This document shows, one piece after another, positions 37,038 through 51,788 of a DNA stretch of 64,000 nt (the stretch's first letter is position 1; every line of letters begins with the position of its first letter). The DNA is from Octopus sinensis (lineage: Eukaryota). The stretch lies in contig NC_043004.1 in assembly GCF_006345805.1 (NCBI RefSeq), positions 44,826,001 to 44,890,000 of the forward strand, written 5' to 3'. The notes beneath the pieces are model-generated. The model was not told the origin of the DNA. It searched no databases and saw only the letters and a list, made by a program, of their open reading frames with translations. A program made the translations under genes and the position numbers.

Positions 37038-37707
37038 ATCTAGAGGGAAAGAAACTGACTTTACGACAGGTAATTTATTTACTGAATACGGAAAGATGAA
37101 AGTTAAGATTTACCTCAGCAAGATTTGAACTCAAATCAAAAAGAGTGAGATGACTTAAGGCAATGTACTCTAAATGTCTAACGATTCTACCAATCCATAG
37201 TCTTATCTGTTACGGCTTACATGTCTACCAAAGTAAATATTCATTTAGATTACACGCATTCACACACAAGCACACGCACACACACATACACACACACACA
37301 CATGTAGTACGCATACACAGACATACACACACACATACGTACACATACATAGTCACACACAAACATACACACACTCACACGTGAATATTCATTTAAATTA
37401 CACAGATTCACACACCAGCACACACACGTACACACACTCACACATGCACACACACATACACACATACACAAACGTATACGCAGATATGTGTATGCCTGTG
37501 TGTATATATGTATATATATATTATTGATGGTGCGTGGCTTAGTGGCCCGGGAATTTGGCTCACATACACATACATACTCACACACATACGCACACACACA
37601 TGCACACACAAACATACTCACACACACATATTCACATACACACACACAAACGCATGCGCAGATATGTGTATGTTTGTGTGTGTATATATATATATATTAG
37701 ACAGTGA

Positions 37708-37945
37708 AGGAGTGTGGCTTAGTGGCCTGGGAATTTGGTTCACTTCAGCAAGACTCTTATTTCACGTTGCTTAAGTTTACTCAAAAACAGGTGGTAAAAA
37801 TAAGTAGTACCTGCATTTCAAAGGGCTAGCCTTGTCACATTCTGCATGATTTTGGAATACTCAGCCACTTGCACATTAATTTCACGAGCAGGCCTTTCCA
37901 TTCATCGGATCAACTGGACACCTCGCTGTCATAACCGATGGAGTC
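37708..37945 (+). mobile_element. SINE family D, decayed
   Basis: Head GTGTGGCTTAGTGG; shares TTATTTCACGTTGC and GATCAACTGG...GTCATAACCGA.GGAGT with 60500-61260. Confidence 0.6.
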
Positions 37946-37973
37946 TGTGTATCTGTAATATTTTATGTATATG

Positions 37974-38486
37974 CCGTAAATCCTCGAGTATAGTCTACCC
38001 CTGAGTATAATACGCAGGGGGCTGTACCTCTGAAAAACCTAAACCTTGTGTATAATATGCACCCGTTCTCTAACTTGAGTTGTGCGTAATTAAGTCAGCA
38101 GCACTTAGTCGAACAAACACTTCCGCACATGCGTAATACAATAATGGTGATGTTCTTAACTGTTATATGGGAATGTAAATATGTTTGCAAATTGTTTTTG
38201 TTACATGTTATTCTGTGTTCGGAATACTTTTATTTTAATAAATGTTGCTTACTGCAAGTTATGGATGATTCTTTTATGACTTCATTGCTATCAGACTTAG
38301 CTTAAGGTATTTTCGCGCCTGACATCACAAAATGCGTCTAAATAAACATTGCCGGACAGAAAATATAGACTCGAACATTGCTTAGAAAATATTCTTCATT
38401 TTTAACCTCGGATATAGTACGCACTAGGGATTTTAAACTTTATATTTTGGGAAAAAAAAGTGCGGATTATACCCGAGGATTTACGG
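37974..38486. mobile_element. Tc1/pogo-type MITE
   Basis: TIRs CCGTAAATCCTCGAGTATA / TATACCCGAGGATTTACGG|TA. Confidence 0.8.
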
Positions 38487-38754
38487 TACATATTCACGCG
38501 CGGGAATGTCCAGGTATGGTTCTTTATAGGTGCCGGAATAGCTGTAGTAAAGGAGTTCACTTTCCAATTTAGCGGGTTTGAGTTCACTTCCACTGCGTGG
38601 CGCCTTGCGCATGTATCTTCTACTATAGCCCCGCTGTCGAAAGCCTCGGAAGCAGATATGATAAACATGTGTGAGTGTGTGCATGTGTGTGTGTGTGGAT
38701 ATATATATATATGTGTGTGTGTGAGTGTGTGCATGGATATATATATGTGTGTGT

Positions 38755-38940
38755 GAGCGTGCATTTGTGCCTCTTCGTCTTGACAACGCTTATTAGTTGT
38801 AAATGAGTATCATCCTCATACAAGCGGTATCATTATTTTCAGTCTTCTATGAAAACGACTGGTCCTGACGAAAGCTTCGTATGCTTTGAAGTAGAGATGA
38901 TTTGTAACGAGAAGGGCATCCGGTCGTAGATAATGTCCCG
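38755..38940 (+). mobile_element. SINE remnant carrying a GAAGGGCATCCGG.CGTA domain (MetaSINE-like central domain)
   Basis: Motif recognised from memory only; family assignment tentative. Confidence 0.4.
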
Positions 38941-39062
38941 AGGAATTCTGGGAGCTTGGAAAGTGGACACTAGTGTGGTGATGATGATAATGATGGTGGT
39001 GCTGGTTGTATGTGTGAATGCATGCGCGCGTGTGTGTGTGTGTGTGCGTGTATTTATTAATC

Positions 39063-39380
39063 TACTCTTTTACTTGTTTCAGTCATTTGGCTGTGGCCAT
39101 GCTGGAGCACCGCCTTTAGTCGAGCAAATCAACCCCAGGACTTATTCTTTGTAAGCCTAATACTTATTCTATCGGTCTCTTTTGCCGAACCGCTAGGTTA
39201 CAGGGACGTAAACACACCGGTATCGATTGTCAACCGATGTTTGGAGGAGAAGCACAGACACACAAACATACACAAACACACACGCACACAGACACGCACA
39301 TACACACACACACACACACACACGCACACACACATATATATATATATATTATATATATATATATATATAATATATATATA

Positions 39381-39412
<32 letters not shown>

Positions 39413-39592
39413 GCATATACATATATACGACGGGCTTCTTTCAGTTTCCGTCTACCAAATCCATTCACAAGGCCTTGATCGGCCCGAGGCTATAGTAGAA
39501 GACACTTGCCCAAGGTAGCACGCAGTGGGATTGAACCCGGAACCATGTGGCTGGTAAGCAAGCTACTTACCACACAGCCACTCCTACGCCTG
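39063..39592 (-). mobile_element. SINE family A, full length with expanded internal microsatellite
   Basis: Head AGGCGTAGGAGTGGCTGTGTGGTAAG and the tail are both present on the minus strand. Confidence 0.9.
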
Positions 39593-40193
39593 TAAACATT
39601 GTTATTTTGCAAAGCGTGTCTGAGTACAAAACAAAAAGATGAAATTAAAGATATCACAGTCCTACCGACTAGAATATTGCAATTTTAAATCACTTTTTGA
39701 AATCATGCTTTTACCCCCCAGTAAACCTAATAAAACGAACATGTGATCTTACAGCAAAGAATAACCTTCTTTTAGCTCTTTCATATTTGTTTATGATACA
39801 TAGCAAATGTTGTGGTGTGTTGTGTTTAAATCAAAACTAAAACAAGAAACATGGATGACGGTCGTTAATTGGGCATATGAATCTTTTCATTTTTGTGTAA
39901 ATATATATTTAGCCTAGCTTTGAGGGTTATTTTTCTTTTCTTTTTTTAATGGGAGGTGGTGAAGAGAAAAAATGACTATCAAATGTATGCTATTAAACAG
40001 CTTGCCTGAAGCGCCGGGTTTGAGCGTTAGTGTGTGTTGGTGTTAACAGAGGGTTTTGGAATGGTGCGTATCACCCACACTTAAACAAAATATATAACAG
40101 CTGTAGAGTTAACGCAGTGAATGCAGATACATACTAACAAACAATGCGTACTACGAATTCATAGTGAGGAGAAAAGCATTAAATATCAACCGG

Positions 40194-40484
<291 letters not shown>

Positions 40485-40742
40485 CTGCCAAGGGAGAGAA
40501 ATACGGGTTGACAAACGAAAGAGTGAATTGCAAAGATAAACGGGTTGGCCTGGAGCTACAGTAAAAATAAAAAACACCCAAGCTTCCGCGCTAAGGAATG
40601 AGCTTGAAACCATATGGCTACAAGTCGATTTTCTTAACTACATAACAATTCTTACAGTCATTCATTCAAACATACATACATACAAACATACATATATACA
40701 CACATACATGCTGGCTGTATATTTATCTATCTATCTACATAG

Positions 40743-40779
<37 letters not shown>

Positions 40780-40879
40780 ATTATATGCATATGAATTTAT
40801 ATCTATATATATGTATGGCTTCATAAAGTATCTATCTCTCAATCTATGTACATACATACATACACATACATATGCATAC

Positions 40880-40927
<48 letters not shown>

Positions 40928-41553
40928 ATGTATATCGATACATATCTATATGTACATATAGCTTCATAAAATATCTGTCTATCAATCTATACATACATAC
41001 ATATCAGATATATATATTTGTGTGTGTATATATAGTGCGGAGGAGGAGCGTGGAGGGGAGAAAGAGAGACGTAGAGAGATATTTATAGTGAAAGTGAAAC
41101 TAATTCGCTAAGGCAAACTCAGTGAAGCGTATTGGATCAATCTTGTAACACGTTCGCCAAGCTAATGTGAGATACATGGGTCCCTTCCAAGCCAATGGGT
41201 TTCTTCTTTTTATTTCGATCTTAAAATTAGTGTTTATCAAGGTTGTTAAATATTAAACAGACACGTTGATTGGAGTTGAAATCGAAAGAGCGGCGAGAGT
41301 CGGAGTGAAAGAAAGATTAGGAAAGAGAAGAGAAATAGGGAGTGAGTGAGTGAGTAACAGACAGACCGAGAGACAGAGAGAGAGAGAAAGAGAGAGGGAG
41401 CGAGAAAATTAGTAGAAATCTCAATAGTGGGTTGTGTTTAACTATTTGAGAAAGAGAGAAGGAATGAAAACCAGGAAAGAACGTGAGCATAGTAACTAAA
41501 CACACATACACGCACACAAACACATACACACACACACATATATATTATATATA

Positions 41554-41591
<38 letters not shown>

Positions 41592-43231
41592 TATAATAAC
41601 AGAAAGAAAATGCATACAATTCATATATTTTTTATATATTTTATGAGATAGAATATTTATATAGTCTACAGGTTTCACGTGTTGCTAATCATGACTGGGA
41701 AATTCGTTAAAATTTCGTAGCATCTTAAGGATTTTTTTAGGCCATCTTGGTTACATGGGAGTTTGTTCGTAAATGAACCGGTATGTGAATTAATATAAGG
41801 GGAGGTAATTTCCTTTTTAGCGGGGTGTAAATTTTACACCACCACCACCACCACCACCAAAAACAAAAAAGCGATTTCTCTACGCATATGTATATGTATG
41901 TGTATATTCATATATTTATGTGTGTTTATTTATTTACACACATTATACATTGTGTACATGTGTACATACCGACGGACAGACAAGTGGTATGTTTCATTGT
42001 ACTATTGTTTTAAATATTGAAAGGAACGATGTAGCCCAAGAGACAGAAAAACATGGCGCGATTATGACTGGGTTGCTCATGATGATTGACCCTCTGCGGA
42101 TTCGATCCCTCCGTAGGGTACCTCAGTCAGTTTTTGTTTTTCTTTCGTAAACGAACTCGAGAACAGTGCAGGTTTATGTGCGTGTCTGTGTGTGTGTGCG
42201 CGCGTGCGTATGTATGTATGTATGTATGTATGTTTGTATGTATGTATGTATGTATGTATGTATGTATGTATGTACAAGAGACAGAGAGAGAAGGATTGTG
42301 TTACCCTAGGAACTCAAATCAACTATTTACCGCCATCTGTGCGACTCTTTTTCGATTAAACTATAGAAGAACAGCTGCTTGATTCAACTAAATTTCACTA
42401 TAAATATTTTACTAGTATAATATAGCACTTCTATTTCCGTGAATATGTCATCTATTTTATAATCTGCAAGTGGCTCAGCCTCCGGCAGATATGTATCTTA
42501 CTGCTTTCTATATACCCAAGTATCATACTTCAGTTCGATATTTATGATGAAAATGTATCTTCAAAATATGAAAAACTTATACCTTTACGTCTAATATTTT
42601 AATATAAACTGTTAGAATAGAAAAAAAAGTGAAGATGAAGTATTCGCTTACTGGTCTGCGTATATAATACTTGCTCGACCTGCTGCTCATGATTTTGCTG
42701 TGTTATACTAGGTGAATGCAAGATGTAGTGGAGATTTCTAGAGTAAACCCAATGGAAATCAACTTCCTTCCTGCATAGTAATATTGTTTCACCACTGTCA
42801 CCAGATTTATACAAAGTCAATATATAGGAGGCCAGGCTGAAATGGTACTGAAACAACGTCAACAAGAACAACTGAAAGACCTGGGATTTATACCTATTTT
42901 GCCCATAGAAATTAGGGCTGTGATGATTGAAATGGTGCAGGTGAATAGCCATGTTTAATTGAACGAGATAGATTTAAACGTTTTTAAAAATGTTCGACGG
43001 AGATAGGTAAATTACATGCGTATTTGCTCTGTTTGCTTTCGCATGAATAAAAAAAAATGGTGGAAGGGCAAAAATGTTTCCATTATTTTGGTGTGGTAGA
43101 TATTTGTCGCTGGTAGCCACTGATTTATGCAACGCTTCTGCTCCCTACAGACATGAGAAGTATCCCTATACATAGCACTTATATAACAACAGCAAATGAA
43201 ATTAATGGCCAAATGTTACTCAAGTCACACT

Positions 43232-43650
43232 CTTATTTCCTTATTGCCCACAAGGGGCTACATATAAAGGGAACAAACAAGGACAGACAAAGGGATCAAG
43301 TCGATTACATAGACTCCAGTGCGTAACTGGTACTTAATTTATCGACCCCGAAAGGATGAAAGGCAAAGTCAACCTCGGCGGAATTTGAACTCAGAACGTA
43401 ACGACAGACGAAACATCTATTTCTTTACTACCCACAAGGGGCTAAACACAGAGAGGACAAACAAGGACAGACAAACGGATTAAGTCGATTATATCGACCC
43501 CAGTGCGTAACTGGTACTTATTTAATCGATCCCGGAAGGATGAAAGGCAAAGTCGACCTCGGCGGAATTTGAACTCAGAGCGTAGCGGCAGACGAAATAC
43601 CGCTTAGCATTTCACCCAGCGTGCTAATGTTTCTGCTAGCTCGCCGCCAG
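43232..43650 (-). mobile_element. SINE family B dimer
   Basis: Head plus two long-tail units joined at AAAGAAATAG|ATGTTTCG. Confidence 0.8.
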
Positions 43651-44594
43651 AGTGTGACTCAAGTCACACTCCGGCATCTTAAATACGTATACGACTTATT
43701 TAATTGAAAAGGGAAGTCTTATATACCTCTAAAGAAGATGAGATAGTCTTCCCTGAAATGCTTCTTGTCTTGGGCTTGCTCGATCAGAGTTGACTAACAC
43801 TAGGAATTAATTAATGCAGCATTTCAGTGCATCAGCTCTTATACAATTTAGACCGATCACTTTAAATGAGTGCAAGGTTATAAACAGTATAAATAAGTAA
43901 AACCTACAAATCTTTTCATGGATAAATCAAACCTGTCTGTTTTACTCAACTTGGTATTATTCGTAATGGATCTCCGTTGTTTTAGTATTTAGTTGCTAAA
44001 TTAACTATCTGCTCTTTGAATTCACGTATTATTTCTTGAATATACCATATACCGCAAAAACGGATGCCCTTAACGTAGTTCTTAGGAAGAGTCAGCACAA
44101 TACAGTGACAAGTTTGGACCTTTAAATTACAGGTATAGTCCATGTGACGGGCTTCTACTCAGTTCACATCTATCCAGTAGTACCCTACAGGTCAAGATTG
44201 ACATGAGGTTGTGGTAAAAGACACTTGCTCAAGATTAAAACCAAGATTTCGTGATTGTGAAACGATCTTCTCAGCCATGTGACCAATATTTCGTCCGCAT
44301 ATGACAGTCTGCCATATCATAAAATAAACTGTCTAAAATAATCTATATGTTTAAAAAAAGACTGGATGATCACAGCAGTATCAGTAGCAAACGAAAAGTG
44401 ACCAGTACCGGCGATGGAATTGCTAGATCCGGGATTTCTGCATATTTGCACGTCATCAGTGTATGTATCTCGTCTCTCTTGATATAGAAAAACAATTATT
44501 AACAAGTCACTGGTGTCGTAAATAGCTGGGTAAAAATTTAATATTAGCGATGAATGTTGTATTAATTCAAAATAACGTTCTGTATATATATATA

Positions 44595-44905
44595 TAATGA
44601 AATTATTGTATATAGTGCTCAGGTGCACCGCAACTTGTCGAAAGTGCGTATAAAGCATATGCAGTAATGTACAAATGTCTGGGAAGTGAACAGTGTATGA
44701 GTCAGATAGAAACTTGCGTGTGTATGGAGGGGAGAAAATCAGGTGTAGTGTTGGCGAATCTCAGGAAGCAGGGAAGTTTTGAAGGATGCAGTGCTCCGAC
44801 AACTAACAACTGATGCCGGCAGTTTGTTCCATGTTTCAGCAACTCTTAGCGTGAAAAAATGGTTCCGAAAGTCATGGGAGCTGTGCTGTTTTCTTACTTA
44901 ACGGA
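44595..44905 (-). mobile_element. CR1-type LINE 3' end
   Basis: The minus strand encodes RKQHSSHDFRNHFFTLRVAETWNKLPASVV, the same family as 59705-60222, followed by the 3' UTR ending GTGCACCTGAGCACT. Confidence 0.85.
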
Positions 44906-46029
44906 GACATACTGTAAGAAAGCCACAACAATGTGGTATTCGTCTTGAGAAAGTACATCATATAGACATATAGTGCTTACTTACCATTTTAGACTCGCTA
45001 TGAAAAAGAAACAAAGACAAGACAGAAATGAGAGCATCGATCTGGTGAGAAAAGTTAAAAGAAAACATAGTATCGACGTGGTGAGGAGAATGTGTGAGTG
45101 ACTGGTTTCTAGTCTCGTCAGATCTTTATCAAATCTGACCAAGAATTCTCATAGTCTCGCTTTGCAAACATCTCTAGCTTATAGCTGTTTAATGTTTTAG
45201 AAACTTTGATTTTGCCAAGTTAATCATCTAATTCACATGAAAATGCGCTTTAAACAAACGTTTATGTATTAGTTCATTGTGTAGAACACATTTTGAAATA
45301 ATACAAATGTAAATTAACAAACAATTTTGTCCCACTACGGAACATAACCAAACTGGTTTCATTTTAAATTTCTGTGTCTCCTTCAACAGAAAACATGTAG
45401 TTTCGTATGATTAATTTCCAGATTCATTAAAACATCATTAGAAAGTTAATTAGAAAATGAATACCTATTTTCTCTCCACAGACGAAGATTAGTTGCTTAT
45501 AGCAATTTTAATATATATACAAATGAGGAATTAACTATTTGACATGCATATAATTCGATAAACATGTATATGTGAATGTGTGTACGTGTATGTGTGTTCG
45601 CGTGTGTATATGAGTGCGTGTATATGTGTGCATGTTTGTGTGTGTATATATATATGTATATATATATACGTGCGTGCCCTTATGCGTGTACACTTGTATG
45701 TGCGTGTTTAAGTATATAGTTAGCTAAATAAACAGATAGGCAGACTGAAAGAGATAGATGTGTGTGTTATATATGATTATATATGTGTGTATATACATAT
45801 AAATATGTACATATATATAAATATACACACACAGATACATATATATTACGAATAGAGAAGGTAGCCAGGATTTAAATAAAACCTATTTATTTAGCGCTTT
45901 CGTCCCTCTCAGGCATTCATCATGAACCATGGTGAATATCTTAAAGGAACGAAAGCTTTAGATAAATAGTTTTTATCCAAATCCTGACAACCGTTTTATT
46001 TCTTAATATATGAAATCTTTGTACTACTT

Positions 46030-48520
46030 CAAACATGGTGTGTTGCTGTCACTTACTGCACCAGAGGCATTTCCCAGCCATTAGATTAATGACTCAGACC
46101 AATTATTAAAGTGATAACCCGACTTAGAACACGCATCCATGATCCCTCGCTAAAGAGTGGGGACCCAATCTAAAAATATCTCCAGACTTCGCTTCAACAA
46201 CCATTGCCTGCTATATGATCACGTCGTTCAACTTCATGATTGCCTCTACATTACCAGCTCTATCATGTGTGGAAAGCTATGAATTTTTTTCAACGGTCAA
46301 GTTCTACACCAGTGACCAACTGGCTACAGTAGTGAACCCGGTCAGAAAAAAAGGACATATCTCTTGGTTATGAGAAAGTTTCTACTCCATCTTTGGGAGG
46401 GGAAGGTTCCCCCTGAAACAGAAATGGCGCGATGATGTTTTACGAGAAGAAATGCATAACTTGGGTAGACCACTCATTGAAACTGCCCGATGCGTGGAAT
46501 TTCTCCATGGAATATTTCTTTGACCAACGAACGATAGCTTTTACGTTCATTTTTCTCCGCGTTGAATTTTCTCCTAATGTGTTCGTGTGTTCGATAGCTG
46601 CTAAACAACTGTGTCTATGTGTTCGACCCACGTGAACGTTTTCTGTTGCGAACTCCCTATTTCACTGCGTGATAAATTTTTTCCTTTGTCAGGTACGACT
46701 TTGCATTTTCTTTTGTCCTTGTCCTTGTCTCCTGACATTTTCTCGTTGGAGGACGTTATTCTGTTTTCTTGCGACCACATGTGGAATTTTCTTCGACGTA
46801 TATTTTCAGGTTTTTGGTCACGTCTAGCTCGTTTTCCCTTTTTCTAGAGGCGTTTTACGTTTTCCCGCCGAAGATGAGTCACATCCCTCTACGCCGTTAT
46901 TATCGCTGTCCTAAGATGTGATTTGCCCAGCTGAAATCATACTTTGTATCCAATAACATTCAGTCGGCTCATCAGAGATTGCACATCGTACTGAGTGGGA
47001 TTCCTTCGCCGTTAGTGCTCACCGTCAAAGACCTAATCACAGACACACCACCAGATGCTTCCTACGACAGAACAAAAGCAGATTCCTTCGCAGGAATACT
47101 AAATCTCTTGGAGAACGAACATTTGAGAGATAGAACCCTAAGAGAATTTTTACGCAGAATTCGCGTTTGGCCGACAGTTCAACAGAAGAAAATTCATGAA
47201 GTAACTATTTTTCTGTCGGTTGCCATCTAATGCCCAGTCCATCTTATGAAAGAGCGTAGCTCGCTGGAATAAATAGCTACGTTGGAACAAAGAGGTACTG
47301 GAATTCTCCAGGTCTACCTCGTCCGCTGACGAGGATGTAGCTATCACTTCGTCCACAGATACCTGGGATTCTTCATCGGACGATGTGGCATCACAAGCAG
47401 AAACCCTGAAGGCAATTAAGGGCTTGGCGCAACAAGTTTCGCGGTTGTGTCATGTGCGTTCCTCTTTTTCCTGATCGTCTTCCTGGGATCGTTTTAGGAA
47501 TCGTTCTTCTTCTCGCCAGCGTGCTATCACTTCGTCCAATACGCCATGTTGGTACCATCGACGATTCGGGGATAAGGCACGTCAGTGTAGACAGCCTTGC
47601 TCTTAATCACTACGGGGCAACTAGACCGGGAGACCCTGAGTACGTCAGCTGTCCCCGTCCTTCGTTCTACTCTGCATCGTGCATTTTTTGTAAGAGACGT
47701 CAACTCCTCTAAGCATTTCATGGTCGACACGGAAGCCAGCATCAGTATTTAGCCCTTACGTTTCACCTCGACAAGGCCTCAGCCTTCGATATTTCTTTGT
47801 ATGCTGTTAACCACTCTACTATCTGGACTTACGGACAGATTTCCTAATCTGTAAATTTGTCTCTACGTAGAGATTTCAAATGGATTTTCGTCATCGCGGA
47901 TCTGCCTTATCCAACATTGGGTGCAGATTTTCTACCCATTACTCATTATTGGTTGATGTAAGAAGGCAGCGGCTTCTCGATGATACCATCTCCTTATCAA
48001 TTCCTACGAATAATTCTATACTGTCGCTCCTGTAAATCCTTCTTTCTTCGTTGCCGTATCACGCATTGCCTGCTTCTTTTCCAGAGCTTACTGATTTGTT
48101 GTTTAAACTAACCGAGCCTGTTCACTCAACGCGATATTTCATCTCCACAAAGGGACCTCCTATTTTTTCCCGTCCGCAGCGGTTGGCACTGGACAAGCTT
48201 GAGGTAGCTCGAGCTGAATTTGAACATATGCTCCAGCTTGGTCTTATTCAACCATTCAAGAGCCCATAGGCGTCTCCTTTACACATGGCAAACAAAAAAA
48301 TGTACTGCAGACTTCCGATCAGTTGGGGATTTCAGATGCCTCAATGCTATCACTATCCCTGACAGATATCCTTTACCCGTCCTTCAGGATGTTTTCGTCT
48401 GCTTTACATGGATGCACCGTTTTTTCCAAGATTTACTTGGTATGTGCATACCACTAAATACGAGTGGACCCAGCACACGTCCCGAAAACTGCCATGACCA
48501 CTCCATATGACTCGTTCGAG
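46030..48520 (+). mobile_element. Ty3/Gypsy LTR retrotransposon remnant (putative LTR, gag, protease, RT N-terminus)
   Basis: gag-like LTVKDLITDTPPDASYDRTK; protease FMVDTEASIS; RT region GPPIFSRPQRL..DKLEVARAEFEHMLQLGLI, SPLH and LNAITIPDRYPLP. Putative LTR end ...CTACA46328 followed by a PBS-like GTAGTGAACCCGG. Confidence 0.85.
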
Positions 48521-49017
48521 TTCTTATCATCAGAATAATAAAAACCAGAATAATATACACCTTGTTCTAAAATTAACAAATTAACTGAAGCTACAGTGAT
48601 AATATATAAATCCTTAAAATCCTTTAAAATGTTTTAGTCCGAAGGCCGCGGCCATGCTGGGGCACCACCGCTGAGCTTAAAGACAGACGAAATACCGTTA
48701 ATCATTTCACCCAGGATGCTAATGTTTCTACCATCTCGCCGCCTTGATAATATAGATAATATTGAAAAATATCATCTTTCATTTGTATAATAGTGATGAG
48801 TTACTGATAGCGATAGTGGTGATGGTAATGACGGTAATGGTGCCGTTGTTGTTGTTGTTTTTGTTGTTGGTGGTGGTGGTGGTGGTGGTTGTGGTTGTGG
48901 TGATGGTGGTGGTGGTAGTGGAGTTGGTGGTGGTGGTAGAGTCGATGGTGAAATATACAGACAGGATCGTCACCAATGGAATATTTTGGGACACAGGCTA
49001 ATGCAGGCTTAGATCCA

Positions 49018-49055
<38 letters not shown>

Positions 49056-49056
<1 letters not shown>

Positions 49057-49309
49057 CCGTGACCGACCAGGCTATCAGATGTTGCTACACATCGCTGGTC
49101 ACAATGCGCTTTGCATTGTTTTAACCTTCAAATAAGCGAACAGACCAACAGAAGAAAGAGTGAGTGTGGCGAAAGAGTTCAGCAGGGATTGCTCGTGAAG
49201 CTTTAGGTGTCTTCGCTCAATAAACACTCACAACGCCCGGTCTGGGAATCGAAACCGCGATCCTACAACCGCGAGTCCGCTGCACTAACCACTAGGCCAT
49301 TGCGCCTCC
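49056..49309 (-). mobile_element. tRNA-derived SINE (possibly tRNA-Arg-related head)
   Basis: Minus strand GGAGGCGCAATGGCCTAGTGGTTAG...GGTTTCGATTCCC; distinct 3' end ...ATCTGATAGCCTGGTCGGTCACGGT. Confidence 0.75.
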
Positions 49310-49310
49310 A

Positions 49311-49369
<59 letters not shown>

Positions 49370-49388
49370 TATATGTATGTATATACAC

Positions 49389-49515
<127 letters not shown>

Positions 49516-49783
49516 GTGTGTGTGTGTGTGTGTGTTTAAAAGGCTCGCTTCGAGAATTGCATTCCCTCGCGTTCGGTACAATGTGTTTATTATGGTAGTT
49601 TTTGACTTTAAGAGTCTCTCCTAGTGTGAGGCATTTATGCATAGTAATACCTTTAATATAAATAAATATATTTAAAGGGAATAATTAATAAAATTTTCCC
49701 TTATGAGGTTTTTGACGCTAACTACTTAATAAATTCTTATAAAGATTTTATCCTATTTTATATATATATGTATGCATATAAAC

Positions 49784-49877
<94 letters not shown>

Positions 49878-50177
49878 TGACGGGTTGGTCACCATTGGGA
49901 TGTCTTTGAATACTGGACAGTGTAGTCCTAGATATACGTGTACAAAATAGTCACCTTTACTCATTGCTCAATGTTATCCTAGAGGTACACAGACAGGATG
50001 GTTATCTCTGAAAATCTTTTGAGTATAAGGTCCATCCAGTCGTACTTTGGTCATAAATCTGTGTAGTCCTTGGCAGACAGACGCGATGGTCACTTTCGAT
50101 TACAGGTCAATGGAGTCCCAGATATACACAGACAGGGTGGTCACCACCGGAATTCCTTTGATCATAGGTTAGAGTAG

Positions 50178-50623
50178 GGATCTTTTCGGTTTGAACGGCA
50201 GTTTTTACTAGCGGTGTCATATGAAATTGTCACCTATAATTATGACCCTAGTATCGATCTATTGCATTTCAATCTCTTTTGGGGTTAGTTACGGTTATTT
50301 ACGGTTAGTTAGGGTTAGGGTTAGGGGTGGGGGAAGGGTATCTTTTTTTCTTCACAAATGTAAATAAACCCAATCTGTTTCTTAAACGAGGGACATATTC
50401 ATACGGCACAGAATGCTTTTCACCTCAATAGACGTTAGTGATTGGTTGAAATTGCAGAAATTGAAGAAAAAAAACAACAAATATCTTACAAACTATAGAA
50501 TTTTCTCAATAAAGCCAAGAGAAAAAGATGTCTTATAAACACATTCTACCACTATACGAAGTTTAAAAATTTTTAGTTACCTAGAAATTATGTTAAAAAC
50601 TGCCGTTCAAACCGAAAAGATCC
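50178..50623. mobile_element. MITE copy 5 with 8-bp TSD TAGAGTAG
   Basis: TSD at 50170-50177 and 50624-50631; expanded TTAGGG-like tract. Confidence 0.9.
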
Positions 50624-51714
50624 TAGAGTAGTCCTTGATAGACATAAACAGAATGGCAAAAGCGAGACTGACTTAGAATATAGAACTGCTTGATCAGACA
50701 GAGCTGGCGCTGGAAGAGACATCAACTACAACAACAACAATAATATGGACCAACAAGCTAACTACCACCATCACTATCACTATTACATCCATCAGCATCA
50801 CCGTCATCAACAGCTATAGCAGCGACATCTATCTGTATCATTTGCATATGCAACCTTGGCAAGATGGCAATAATATCAGCAGGCAAGGCCACTGGTGACA
50901 CGCATGGTGACAGTGGCGGTAGAAGGTGCAACGATAGTGCATATGCATTAGTTGTTGCAGCGGTAGTAGTACTAGCAATACATTGTAGCAGCAGCAGCAG
51001 CAGCAGCAGGAACAAGAGTAGGAACAACAGCAACAACGAAAGCAACAGTCGGTAAGCTAGCAAAAGTGGTTCTCTAGGTGGTCACTGCATGTTAGAAACA
51101 ACAGTCAAATCTTCAAATCACACTTCAGAGGCATAACTCAAAACACGTTGAATAATGTGACCGGATGTTCTCAAAGACAGGATGGTCGTGGCTGGAGTTT
51201 CTTTGATTAACTGTCTCTTCGGGCAAAGCTTACAAATGACTAAACAACTACAACTGTAGTAATAACAATAGAAGACACTTCGATGCAGTCTTCTAGCATG
51301 TTAGAAACAACAGCCAAATCTTCAAAACCCACATCGGTGTCTTAAAACAGGACACGTTGGCTAATGGACATAAGAATAAGAAAGAAAAAAAAACAAAAAA
51401 ACAGGATGGTCACGTTTGGAATATCTTTGATAACGTCTGCTTCTTCACAACTACAGGGTGATAGCGATAATCCGACAGGAGCGCCTTTCTGCGCACTCTG
51501 TCTGCTAGAAATAGCAAATATATCTTCTGAGATACACATCCCGGTGTCTAATGAAAAGCAAGAACACACATTACATAATAATGTAATACAAAGTAAAGCC
51601 CCTGACAAAGGGTAATGTGTTTGAATAACAAACCTGGTCGATCGGGACTGACCTAGGACCATAGAAATGAAGGAAAATAACAAAAGCAAAAGAAATGGGT
51701 ACATTATCCGTGTA

Positions 51715-51736
51715 ATAGTAGCAGTAGTAGTAGTAA

Positions 51737-51788
<52 letters not shown>

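Noticed and set aside
42599-42952. Coding exon or transposase remnant
   Set aside because: Composition is less repetitive than the surroundings, but no frame gave a recognisable motif and the plus-strand frames contain stops.
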